A stretch of DNA of 63,407 nt, filler included, from Chiloscyllium plagiosum (taxonomy: Eukaryota): the NCBI RefSeq assembly GCF_004010195.1. It is 7 parts of 7 records of this genome, joined end to end, with 100 filler letters (N's around TTAATTAATTAA, not from the genome) between each part and the next. Parts side by side here need not be neighbours in the genome. Positions count along the whole stretch, not along the records: positions 26,368 to 46,811 come from NW_025213334.1; positions 46,912 to 51,497 come from NW_025210775.1; 5 more parts are not named here. The stretch is one strand, 5' to 3'. Position numbers and translations under genes: made by a program. The notes beneath the pieces are model-generated. The model did not search any database. It saw only the letters and a program-made list of their open reading frames with translations, and had not been told where the DNA came from. Within the stretch, counting starts at the first letter, position 1. Each line of letters starts with the position of its first letter. Below, piece after piece: positions 37,132 through 48,715 of the stretch.

Positions 37132-38224
37132 TATGAGTATGGTTAGAGACAGAATGCCAGAGAGGGAGGGAGAGAGACTGTAGATTGGGATACAGAGAGG
37201 GAGGGAGAGAAAGAGAGGGAGGAATAGAGAGGGGCAGATAACATTTGGATGCTTTCAATTATAGCGAGAGATGGAGTGAGTGACGGAGACAGAGAAAGAT
37301 GCAGAAATAGAGATTATGAGACGGAGTGAGGAACTGGGAATGAGTTGGAGGGAGTGGCTTTGAGACAGAGAAAGAGAATATGAAAGAGATTAACAGTGGG
37401 GGAGAGAGAGATAGAGGTAGAGAGAAAGAAGTGTAAGGTGTGAGTCAGAAAGGGAGATAGAGAGAGAGAGAAACCAGAGCAATAATAGGCCATTTGGCCC
37501 TTTGAGTCTGCTCTGTCATTCAGTCTGATCATGGCTGATCCTCTCTCTCTCAAAGCCATATTCCTGCTTTCTCTCCATTCCCTTCCTGCTGTTAAAATGC
37601 AAAACAATTATCTCTCTCTTTTTTTGAATATATTCAGTTCCCTGTCCTCCACAGCCTTCTGTGGTACAGAATTCAACAGATTGACCACCCTCTCAGGAAG
37701 GAAATGTTTCTTCATCTCAGTCCCAAATTGTCTACTCCATATCCCCATGAGATTGTGTCCCCTGGTTCCAGACTCCCCAACCAGAGGAAACCTCCTCCCT
37801 GCCCAGCCCTGTTAGAATTTTATATGTTGCAATCAGATCCCCTCTCATCCTTCTAAACTTGAGAGAGTCCAGGCCCAGTCGAGTTAGAGAGTGAGAGGTG
37901 AGTTGAGGACAAATGTTTTCACCCAGAGGGTGGTGGGAGTCTGGAACTCATTGCCTGAAAGGCTGGTTGACTCACAAACTCTCGTGACATTGGAGCAGTG
38001 TTTAGATATTCCCTTGTGTTGCTGTAGCCTCCGGGGTAATGGGCCAAGAGCTGGAGGATGGGATTAGTGTCATCAGATCTTTATTGACTAGCACAGACAC
38101 AATGGGCCAAATGACCTCATTCACTGCTGTTCACATCAATGACTCTCTGAGACAGAGAGAGAGAAAGAGAGAGAGGGAAATGAGGAAGTGTGAGGGGCTG
38201 ATGTGGCTCTCTCTGCCTGATGCC

Positions 38225-38278
38225 ATTTTCATACTGAGGAACACCCAGTCAGATTCTCACAGGCTGCAGCTTTATAAA
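38225..38278 (+). promoter_or_regulatory. Kappa V3 promoter: octamer-like ATTTTCAT and TATAAA
   Basis: ATTTTCAT at 38225-38232 (one mismatch to ATTTGCAT); TATAAA at 38273-38278. Confidence 0.6.
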
Positions 38279-38338
38279 GCAGAGCCCAGTCAATGGAGAG
38301 TTTATCAGGAACCAGGCACAGGGACAGGAGCACACACC

Positions 38339-38387
38339 ATGATTTCACACATCCAGCTGATCTGGCCCCTGGCATTCTGTGTCGCAG
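38339..38387 (+). CDS. IGKV: Ig kappa leader exon of V3
   Basis: MISHIQLIWPLAFCVA-G, GT donor at 38388. Confidence 0.93.
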
Positions 38388-38573
38388 GTACAAATCTCTC
38401 TCCTTCCACCTTGAATCTTTAGCTGCTCTCCATTTCACTCCAATTCCACTGACTTGTGATTGAAGGGAAAATGCTGAAACCAGAGGAATGCTCAGTGTCT
38501 CCAACAATCTCTCATTTGAAAGGCTCTTTCTGTGACAGTTCTGACTTCACTGTGTTTCTCTCTGACCCCTCAG

Positions 38574-38872
38574 GTATCAGTGGGGACATCATCATGACTC
38601 AGTCTCCCCCGGTGCTGTCAGTGGGACTGGGCCAGACTGCAACCATCATCTGTACGGCCAGTCAAAGCATTAGCAATGTCCTTGCTTGGTACCAGCAGCG
38701 AGAAGGGCAGAAACCTTCTCTCCTGATCTTCAATGCAGCAACTCGATTCACAGGAGTCTCCGAGCGATTCACCGGCAGTGGATCAAGGACCAGTTCCACC
38801 CTGACAATCAGCAACGTTCAGAATGAGGATGTCGCTGACTATTACTGTCAGCAACGTAACAGCTACCCTCTA
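38574..38872 (+). CDS. IGKV: Ig kappa V3 exon, apparently intact
   Basis: [13 protein letters not shown]...[18 protein letters not shown]...[12 protein letters not shown]; canonical acceptor. Confidence 0.95.
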
Positions 38873-38900
38873 CACAGTGATACAGATCCGTACAAAAACC
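38873..38900 (+). other. 12-bp-spacer RSS of V3 (perfect consensus)
   Basis: CACAGTG + 12 nt + ACAAAAACC. Confidence 0.97.
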
Positions 38901-39296
38901 TCAATGTGCACAGCACCACCTCCTGTACTGACACATCCCAGAGTTATATAAAATGTATAATAATTGACACACAGTCCCACCTCCTGCACTGACACATCCA
39001 CAGTCACATAAAAATTAAGTTTAACAAATTACCCCATGTTGGGATTGTCACTGTCCAAAACACACTTCAGTCCCTGTGGTGTCCACCGCTCACTGAAGGC
39101 CTCAGGTTTCCCTCTTACATCCATGGCCACATGTGAAGAGCACCTGCAAGATTTAACATCGAAAAATAAAGTTCACAAACTGCCCGAGCCCAGCTGGACA
39201 GAGAGAGAAAAAGACATGAGTGAGGGTGGAAGAGAGAGACCGAGTGAGAGAGAGAGAATTAGAGGTAGAGAGTGACGGAGAGTAACAAAGAGCAGA

Positions 39297-39335
39297 GGTT
39301 TTTGTGCAGCCTCTGCACTGGGAGCTCTCACTGTG
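39297..39335 (-). other. 23-bp-spacer RSS of J2 (perfect consensus)
   Basis: GGTTTTTGT + 23 nt + CACTGTG. Confidence 0.97.
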
Positions 39336-39370
39336 GTTTACGTTCGGTAAAGGAACCAAGCTCAGACTGA
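39336..39370 (+). CDS. IGKJ: Ig kappa J2 segment
   Basis: FTFGKGTKLRL, GTAAGT donor at 39371. Confidence 0.95.
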
Positions 39371-40994
39371 GTAAGTAAACCTCAATCCTCCGTTATTAAC
39401 CCTTTCAAATTCTAAAGACAATTTCTAAAACATAAATGCTGAATTGTTGAAGGTATTAATTGGAAGCTGCAGTGAATGAAATGGTTGATTGAGGAGCACT
39501 GTGTCTAACAGGGTGTCCAGTTGTATTTCTTCAGTTCCATTGCCCCCTTTAAAAAGCTAGATATAAGTCAGTCAGTTTTACTCACTGTGTGGAGGAGCTC
39601 TGTCCATTTGCAGCCTGTGGTCCCATTCCTGCAGCATGGAGTGAAATCAGTGAGTAGCCTCCTGCCAGTCTCAGTGTGATGGACACGGGCAGAGTTTGAT
39701 CTGAGCTCTGGCTCCCTGTCCCAGTCTCTGATCTCATTGACCTCAGCAGCAGCAGCAGCAGCAGCACAGTGAGACACTAAGCTCCCACCTCCCCCAGCTT
39801 TAACTCTGCTCAATCAAACAATCACAGAATTGTTACAGTGCACAAGGAGGCCATTCTGCCCATCCTGTCTGCACCAGCTCTCCGAATGAGCAATTCACTG
39901 AGTGTCATTCTCCTGCCTTCTCCCTGTCACCCTGCACATTGTTCCTTTTCAAATAACAGTCTCATTCCCTTCGGAATGTTTCAATTGAAGCTGCCTCCAC
40001 CACACTCTCAGNNNNNNNNNNNNNNNNNNNNNNNNNNNNNNNNNNNNNNNNNNNNNNNNNNNNNNNNNNNNNNNNNNNNNNNNNNNNNNNNNNNNNNNNN
40101 NNNNNNNNNNNNNNNNNNNNNNNNNNNNNNNNNNNNNNNNNNNNNNNNNNNNNNNNNNNNNNNNNNNNNNNNNNNNNNNNNNNNNNNNNNNNNNNNNNNN
40201 NNNNNNNNNNNNNNNNNNNNNNNNNNNNNNNNNNNNNNNNNNNNNNNNNNNNNNNNNNNNNNNNNNNNNNNNNNNNNNNNNNNNNNNNNNNNNNNNNNNN
40301 NNNNNNNNNNNNNNNNNNNNNNNNNNNNNNNNNNNNNNNNNNNNNNNNNNNNNNNNNNNNNNNNNNNNNNNNNNNNNNNNNNNNNNNNNNNNNNNNNNNN
40401 NNNNNNNNNNNNNNNNNNNNNNNNNNNNNNNNNNNNNNNNNNNNNNNNNNNNNNNNNNNNNNNNNNNNNNNNNNNNNNNNNNNNNNNNNNNNNNNNNNNN
40501 NNNNNNNNNNNNNNNNNNNNNNNNNNNNNNNNNNNNNNNNNNNNNNNNNNNNNNNNNNNNNNNNNNNNNNNNNNNNNNNNNNNNNNNNNNNNNNNNNNNN
40601 NNNNNNNNNNNNNNNNNNNNNNNNNNNNNNNNNNNNNNNNNNNNNNNNNNNNNNNNNNNNNNNNNNNNNNNNNNNNNNNNNNNNNNNNNNNNNNNNNNNN
40701 NNNNNNNNNNNNNNNNNNNNNNNNNNNNNNNNNNNNNNNNNNNNNNNNNNNNNNNNNNNNNNNNNNNNNNNNNNNNNNNNNNNNNNNNNNNNNNNNNNNN
40801 NNNNNNNNNNNNNNNNNNNNNNNNNNNNNNNNNNNNNNNNNNNNNNNNNNNNNNNNNNNNNNNNNNNNNNNNNNNNNNNNNNNNNNNNNNNNNNNNNNNN
40901 NNNNNNNNNNNNNNNNNNNNNNNNNNNNNNNNNNNNNNNNNNNNNNNNNNNNNNNNNNNNNNNNNNNNNNNNNNNNNNNNNNNNNNNNNNNNNN

Positions 40995-41086
40995 GTGCTT
41001 CCAATTAAACCTGTTGGACTATAACCTGGTGTTGTGTGATTTTTAACTTTGTACACCCCAGTCCAACACCGGCATCTCAAAATCAT
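40995..41086 (+). mobile_element. Short repeat terminus, probably a second Penelope-derived family
   Basis: gtgcttccaattaaacctgttggactataacctggtgttgtgtgatttttaac; inverted copies at ~62139-62222 and ~63338-63407. Confidence 0.55.
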
Positions 41087-41089
41087 CAA

Positions 41090-44000
41090 TCAAGTTAGTA
41101 AGACACAATTCCCATGCACAAAACCACATTGACTATCCAAATGCATGTAAATCCTGTCCCTCAGAATCCACTCCAACAACTTACCCAGCACTGACAACAA
41201 GCTCACTGATCTATAGTTCCCTGGCTTTTCCTTCCAGCCTTTCTTAAATAATGGCTAACATTAGCCAACCTCTCCAGTTCTCCAGCACCTTACCTGTGAC
41301 TGTCGATGATAAACATATTTCAGCAAGGAGTCCAGCAATCTCTTCCCTAGCTTCCCACAATATTCTGGGATATACCTGATCAGGTCACGGAGATGTATCT
41401 ACCTTTATGCATTTGAAGCAATCCTCTTCTGTAATGTGGTCTCTTGTCAAGGCATTACTATTCACTTCCCGAGTTCCCAAACATCCATGTCTTTCTCCAT
41501 GATAAATACTGACCCAGAATATTCATTTAGGATCTTGACCATTTTCTGTGGATCCACCCAGAGGTACCTTGTTCATCTTCATGGGGCCCTATTCACTCTC
41601 TAGTTATCTTTTGCCCTTTTCTTATTTACAATAATTCTACCACTTTTGTCCTCAAAAGAGTTCATGAATTGTTTGCCTTGTCTCAAATATACCTTGACTA
41701 TCCCTGGTCTGCATCCTCTACTGCTCACCTCAGACTTTCCTATGAACCTTTGACCCCATATGTCCAGTACTTGTGACTCCACTGTTTTATTTAAATCTGA
41801 TACATCCATATGCCATGGAAGCTGCCATTTTCCCCAGTGAGTTTGTTTGACCCTGAAATGGTCTTTGTTCATTTCCTCCATCACCCTAAACCTTGTGATA
41901 CAATGATCACTCTTCCCTAAATGTCCTCTCACTGACACTTGATCACTTGGGCCTCCTCACTCACAAGATCCAGATCTAGCAGAGCCTCCTTTCTCATTGG
42001 ACTGGAAACACACAGCTGGAGAAAGTTCACCTGAACACACTCTCACAACTCTGGCCCCTTCCTACCCTTCACACTGCTACTACCCCAGTCAATATTCAGA
42101 AATTAAAGCCCCCCCCCCACTCCATTATAATGACTCTATAATATTTGGGCTTGCAGGTGTATTCCTCCACATCCTTCCCACTGGTTGGTGACTTATTGAC
42201 TGCACTGAGGATTCTGTGGACCTTGATGTCCCTCTCTGATATTCCCCCGGGCTCCCTCAGCCCTGCCAAGTTAGTTCAAACCCTCTCCAACAGCACTAGT
42301 AAATCTCCCCAAAGGAACTCAGTCCCAGCTCTATTCAGGAGCAACGCTGTCTGGTCTGTCCAGGTCCCATCTCCCCCAGGGCCAGTCCCAATGTCACAAG
42401 GATCTAAAGCCCTCCCTCCAGGACTCTTTTTCTACATCCTGTTCCTCTTCTCCCTTGCATGGGGTACTGGGAGTAATCCGGAGATTCCTAATTCCTTCAC
42501 AAGCTCTCTAAATTCTGACTGCAGGACCACATCCCTTTTCTCCCTCTGTCACTGGGAATGATGTGGACCACGACTGCTGCCTGTTCCCCCTCTCCCCTCA
42601 GGGTGTTCTACAGACGCTCAGTGACATCCTTGACCCTGGCACCAGGGAGACAACACACCATCCTGGATTCCCATCTGCAGATATACAAACACCTATCAAT
42701 TGCCCTCACTCTCGAATCTCCTCTCATTGTCACTCTTCCAGTCTTCCTTGTGCCCCCCTGAACAGCTGAGCCCCCTGTGGTGCCATGGATTTGGCTCTGG
42801 CTGCACTCCCCAGATGAACCATCATTCTCATCAGGATTCCAAACTGAATCCTGGTTGGAGAGTGGGATGCACTCAGGGGATTCCTGCACTAGCTGCCTGA
42901 TCCTTTTGGACTGTCTGCTGCTCCCCCATTCCCTCTCTTGCTGTATACTCTGAAGCTGCAGAGTGACCACATCTAGAAATGTGCTCTCCACGGAGCTCTC
43001 AGCCTCACGGACACTCCGCACTGAGACCAGCTGCTGCTTAAGCTCCGAAACCTGGAGCTCCAACTGCTGTCACTGACCACACATCCTACACTCATTATAT
43101 TCCAGGAACTGCAAAGTATCCTGAAATTCCCATATAGGTGCACATTCTCTCCATTCTTTGCTAATCTCTTCACAAAGTTCTGATGACAAACAGCTACAGC
43201 AGGGCTCACAGTCCAGTGGGTTCAGATGTTCCAGGCGTTTGGGGAAACTCTCCAGACGACTTTAAGAAACAGGAACAGAAATCAGCCATTCAGCCCATGG
43301 AATCTGCTCTGCCATTTGATCTTGGCAGATTTGCTTCTCACCCCCATTCTCCTGTCGACTCCACAGGAACGTTCGATCCCCTTAACAATCATGTACCTAT
43401 CTATCTCTGTCTTAAATACACTCAGTGACTTGGCCTCCACTGCCCTCTGTAACAATGAGTTCCACAGATTCCCCACCCTCTGGCTGAAGAAATTCCTCCT
43501 CATCTCAGCTCTAAAGGGTTGGCCTTTCATTCTGAGGCAGTGCCTTGCTTACCTCATCTCTCCTGTTTTTGGAAACATCTTCTCTGCATCCACTCTATCC
43601 AGACAGATCAGTATTCTGCAAATTTCAATAAGATCCCTCCTCATCCTTCTGAGCTCCATCGAGTACAGACCCAGAGTCCTCAACCATGCCTCATATGACA
43701 AGCCCTTCATCCCCAGGATCATTCTTGTAAACCCCTCCAATGCCAGCACATCGTTTCTTAGAATATGTGTCCCAAATCTACTCACAATACTCCAAATGCA
43801 GTCTGACCAGAGCCTTACACAGCTTCAGCAGTACATCTCTGCTCTTGTATTCTGGCCCTATTGAAATGAATGCTATCATTTCATTTGCCTTCTCAAGCAC
43901 AAACTGGACCTGCCTGTTAACCTTCAGAGAAACCTGAATGAGGTTTGTGCTTTAGATTTCGAAAGGCTTTTTTCATTTAGAAAATAGTCTTTGCATCTCT

Positions 44001-45790
44001 TCTTCCTACCAAAGTGCATAATCTCACACTGTAACGCATTGTATTCTATCTGCCACTTCTTTGCCCACTCTCCGAGCCTATCCAGAACCTTATACAGCTT
44101 TCCCACTTCCTAAACACTACCTGTCCCTCCACCTATCTCATGTCATCTGCAAACTTAGCAACAATGTCTTCACTTCCTTCATCCAGATTGTTAATGTATA
44201 ACGTGAATAGTTATGGTCCTAACATTGACGCCTGCAGAACTCTACCGGTCACCAGCTGTCATTTTTCCTCACGCTCTGCTTTATGCCAAACTGCCAGTCT
44301 GCAGTCCATGCCAGTGCATTGCCCCTAACACAATGGGTGCTTATCTTATGTCAAATGCCTTCTGGAAAATCCAAATAGATTACCTCCTCTGACTTCCCTT
44401 TGTCTGACTGGCCCATTGCCTCCTCAAAGAATTCTAATAGTTTTGCCAGGCACGATGTTGACTCAGCCCTATTTTACCATTGCACTTCCAGGTCCTCTGC
44501 AATTTCATCCTTAAATTGAAGTCTAAAACCTTACCAACAACTGAGTCCAGGCGAACTGGCCTGCAATGTCCCACCTTCTACCTCCCTCCTTTCTTAAACA
44601 GGGCTGCTATGTGAGCCATTTTACTGTCCCTTGTCCCCACCAAATTCCTCCCCACCCCACCTCCACACCCTGACTCCATTGATTCCTGATAGATCCTCAC
44701 CAATGTCCCCACAATCTCCTCAGCGATCTCCTTCAGAACACACTGGTGTAGTTCATCCAGTCTGGGTGAGTTATCCACATTCAGACCTTTCAGCTTCCCC
44801 AGTACCTCCTCCTTAGTGATGGCCACGTGTTTGCACATTCTTCCTGTGTCTGTGTGGGTTTCCCCCAGGTGCTCTGGTTTACTCCCATTGTCCAAAGATG
44901 TGCAGGTCAGGTCAATTGGCCGTTCTAAATTGCCTGTAATGTTAGGTGAAATAGTCAGGAGTAAATGTAGGGAAGGTTCCTCATTGGGCTGCTCTTCGGA
45001 GAGTTGGTGTGGACTTGTCAGACTGAACTGCCTGTTTCCACACTGTAGGGAATCTAATCAGGCCAATATTTATCATTAATCCAACATCCATTATTGCTCT
45101 TTGATTTCATTGCTTCTACTTGGATCTTGCTGTGTAGAAATTGGCTGCCACGTTCCTGACATTGCATATGTGACTGTTTGTCAAACAAAACTGTCTGTAA
45201 ATGTCTTTGGAAGAGCCTGAAATGTTAAGGGCTGGATTGATGCCCATATTCCTCTAAACTCTTCCTATTTACATACCCATACATTTTAAATGTTGTAATC
45301 GTACCAGCCTTCACCACTTCTTCTGGCAGCTCATTTCATACATTTAACACCCTCTGAATGAAAACGTTGTCCCTTAGGTCCCTTTTAAATCTTTCCCCTG
45401 TCACCTTCAACCTCTGCCCTCCAGTTCTGGACTCCCCCACTCTGGAGAAAAGATCTTCTCTATTTACCCTATCTATGCCCCTCATGATTTTATAAACCTC
45501 TATACGGTCACCCATCAACCTGCAATGATCCAGGGAAAACAGCCTCAGCCTATTCAGCCTCTCCCAATAGCTCAAATGCTCCAACCTTGGCAACATCCTT
45601 GTAAATCTTTTCTGGATCATTTTAAGGTTCACAATATTTTTTTCTACAGCAAGGAGAACAGAATTGCACACAGTATTCCAAAAGTGCCCTAACCAATGTC
45701 CTGTAGAGCTCCCAACTTCAATACTCAATGCACTGCCCAATAAAGGAAAGCAAACCAAATGACTTTGTCACTCCTCTACCGACCTGCAAC
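41090..45790 (-). mobile_element. Mosaic of CR1-type LINE fragments (ORF1 at ~42020-43150, ORF2 3' parts at 43265-44820 and 45250-45790) with a plus-strand V-SINE fragment at ~44826-45058
   Basis: RMVCCLPGARVKDV, RLGEWAKKWQIEYN, MRRNFFSQRV, GDRIEVYKIMRGIDRV. Confidence 0.75.
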
Positions 45791-46769
45791 TTCATCTTCA
45801 AGGAACTATTCTTCATTTTTTGGATGAACTGGGAGTCTTTCAGTTGTGAAAGATGCCATTCCATGGCACTATTGGATGAAGAGCAGGCAGTTTCCCCTGG
45901 TGTCCTGATCAATATTTAGCCCCCAATCAAAATCACTAAGAATGTATTTCTCTGCTAATTATCCCACAGTGTTTGGGATCCCGCTGTGCACAGACTGCTG
46001 GAAAGATCCATTGGGTCATTCTGAGTTGGGGATAGGGCTTTCAGGGTCCCTCTGATTCTATGACTCTTTTATTACATTTTATGAATAACTGAGTACCAAG
46101 GCCTGACCCCTGTGGCACCTTAAGTTGTAACTACCTGTCATTCAGAAAAAAAAACTCATTCTTTTTTTCCTGTCTGCCAATTACCTCCCAATCCATATCA
46201 GTATATGAACCTCAATCCTCTTGTTCATTCGGTCTAGATCTTGGAGTCTGACCCTTACTCATTGTGGGAGCAGATTCTGAATGATCTCTGTCTCGTCTTT
46301 CGAGGGCTCTCACTGCCTTGACACTGATTTCCCATCATGCCGCTGTTTCCGGTCCAGTTCCCAACGCACCACACAGTTTAGTAAAATGAAAACTTTTACA
46401 CTTACAGTTCTCCATTTCCATCCCTACTCTCAATCTCACTGAGTTCTGATCACTGTCACTAAATTACTCCCCAATTGATAGCCCTTCCAGCTGCCCACAT
46501 TCATTCCATAAACAATGGTCCATAACTGTCCCTTCTCTCTCTGCTGCTTTACCATCACCCTCTCAGGGGCAATTAGGAATGGGTAATAAATGCTGGCCCT
46601 GCCAGTGACACTCACATCCCACGAAGCAATGTGAACAATGCCTGTTCTTTTGTCGGGTTTATTCTGTATTGACTATAAATGCTCCAAAAGATTGTTTTGC
46701 CAGTGATTATTGTGAGGGTTGAAATCCCTTAGAATGGCAGGGATTAAAATTGTTTCGCTTGTCTTTCAG

Positions 46770-46811
46770 GCCGTGAGAACTCTCAGCCAAAGCTGACCCT
46801 GCTGCCCCCCT
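46770..46811 (+). CDS. IGKC: Ig kappa C exon, first 42 nt (cut by a spacer)
   Basis: gtctttcAG acceptor; (S)RENSQPKLTLLPP, in phase with J2. Confidence 0.9.
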
Positions 46812-46911
46812 NNNNNNNNNNNNNNNNNNNNNNNNNNNNNNNNNNNNNNNNNNNNTTAATTAATTAANNNNNNNNNNNNNNNNNNNNNNNNNNNNNNNNN
46901 NNNNNNNNNNN
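46812..46911. other. Artificial scaffold-joining spacer
   Basis: 44 N + TTAATTAATTAA + 44 N. Confidence 0.95.
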
Positions 46912-47947
46912 GGACAAGTCCTGGTCACCACATTCTGGGAAGGATGTGATTGTACCTGAGAGGGTACAGGGGAGATTTCCCAGAATGCCGCCTAAATCTG
47001 AGCTTTGAGAAAAGATTGGAAAGGTTGGGATTGTTTTCCTTGGAGCAGATAAGATTATTCGGAGCAGTGATAGGGTGGGTAGGAAGGCACTTATTGCGTG
47101 AGACAAGGACTCAATAACCTGGGACAGAGATTGAAGGTAACACAGGCATGGACACATAGAAACTGCTGCAGGAGTTGGCCATTCAGCCCTTTGAGCCTGC
47201 TCTGTCATTTAGTATGATCATGGCTGATCCTCTATCTCAAAGCCATATTCCTGCTTTCTCCCTATTCCCTTCATGCTGTTAAAATGCAAACAATTATCTC
47301 TCTCTTTTTCTTGAATATATTCAGTTCCTTATCCTCCACAGCCTTCAGTGAAGAGAATTCCACAGGTTGACCATCCTCTGAGTGAAGAAATGTTTCCTCA
47401 TCTCAGTCCAAAATGGACTACCCCGTATCCCCCTGAGACTGTTCCCCAACCAGGGGAAACCTCCTTCCTGCCCAGCCCTGTTAGAATTTTATACATCCAT
47501 CTGAATTCGAGTGAGTCCAGGCCCAGTCGAGTTCGAGAGAGAGAGGAGAGTTAAGGAGAACTGTTTTCACCCAGAGGGTGGTGGGAGTCTGGAACTCACT
47601 GCCTGAAAGGCTGGTTGAGTCACAAACTCTCGTGACATTGGAGCAGTGTTTAGATATTCCGTTGTGTTGCTGCAGGCTCCAGGGTAATGGGCCAAGAGCT
47701 GGAGGATGGGATTAGTGTCATCAGATCGCTGTTTAACAGCACAGATACAATGGGCCAAATGGCCTCATTCAGTGCTGTTCACATCAATCACTCTCTGAGA
47801 CAAATAGAGAGGGAGAAGAGGAAGTGCGAGGGACTGATGTGGCTCTCTCTGCCCGATGCCATTTACATACTGAGGAACACCCAGTCAGACTCTCACAGGC
47901 TGCAGCTTTATAAAGCAGAGTCCAATGAAGGGAGAGTTTATCAGGAA

Positions 47948-48143
47948 AAGCGCAGCAGGTCAGGGAGCTTCCAAGGAACAGGAGAATTGACGTTTCAGGC
48001 ATAAGCCCTTCTTCAGGAAGAAGGGCTTATGCCCGAAACGTCGATTCTCCTGTTCCTTGGATGCTGCCTGACCTGCTGCGCTTTTCCAGCAGCACATTTT
48101 CAGCTCTGATCTCAGGCATCTACAGTCCTCACTTTCTCCTCGA
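47948..48143. mobile_element. Palindromic Penelope-derived insertion between the TATA box and leader of V4, 15-bp TSD
   Basis: AGAGTTTATCAGGAA at 47933-47947 and 48144-48158; absent from V1 and V3; 71-bp inverted arms. Confidence 0.88.
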
Positions 48144-48185
48144 AGAGTTTATCAGGAACCTGGCACAGGGACAGGAGCACACACC

Positions 48186-48715
48186 ATGATTTCACACATC
48201 CAGCTGATCTGGCCCCTGGCATTCTGTGTCGCAGGTACAAATCTCTCTCCTTCCACCTTGAATCTTTAGCTGCTCTCCATTTCACTCCAATTCCACTGAC
48301 TTGTGATTGAAGGAAAAATGCTGAGAGGAATGCTCAGTGTCTCCAACAATCTCTCATTTGACAGGCTCTTTCTGTGACAGTTCTGACTTCACTGTGTTTC
48401 TCTCTGACCCCTCAGGTATCAGTGGGGACTTCATCATGACCCAGTCTCCCCCGGTGCTGTCAGTGGGACTGGGCCAGACTGCAATCATCACCTGTATGGC
48501 CAGTCAATCTGTTAGCAATGAGCTTTCCTGATACCAGCAGCGAGAAGGTCAGAAACCCTCTCTCCTGATCTATGGTGCAACAACTCGATTCACAGGAGTC
48601 TCCGATCGATTCACCGGCAGTGGATCAGGGACCAGTTTCACCCTGAAAATCAGCAACGTTCAGAATGAGGATGTCGCTGACTATTACTGTCAGCAGTATA
48701 GCAGTCCCCCCTATA
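48186..48715 (+). pseudogene. IGKV: Ig kappa V4 pseudogene (leader 48186-48234, V exon 48416-~48715)
   Basis: Conserved Trp codon is TGA at 48529-48531; no RSS; V end abuts J-C intron sequence. Confidence 0.92.

Noticed and set aside
38901-39296. Possible D segment or extra RSSs between V and J (CACAGCA, CACAGTC)
   Set aside because: No correctly spaced nonamers; explained by a short internal repeat
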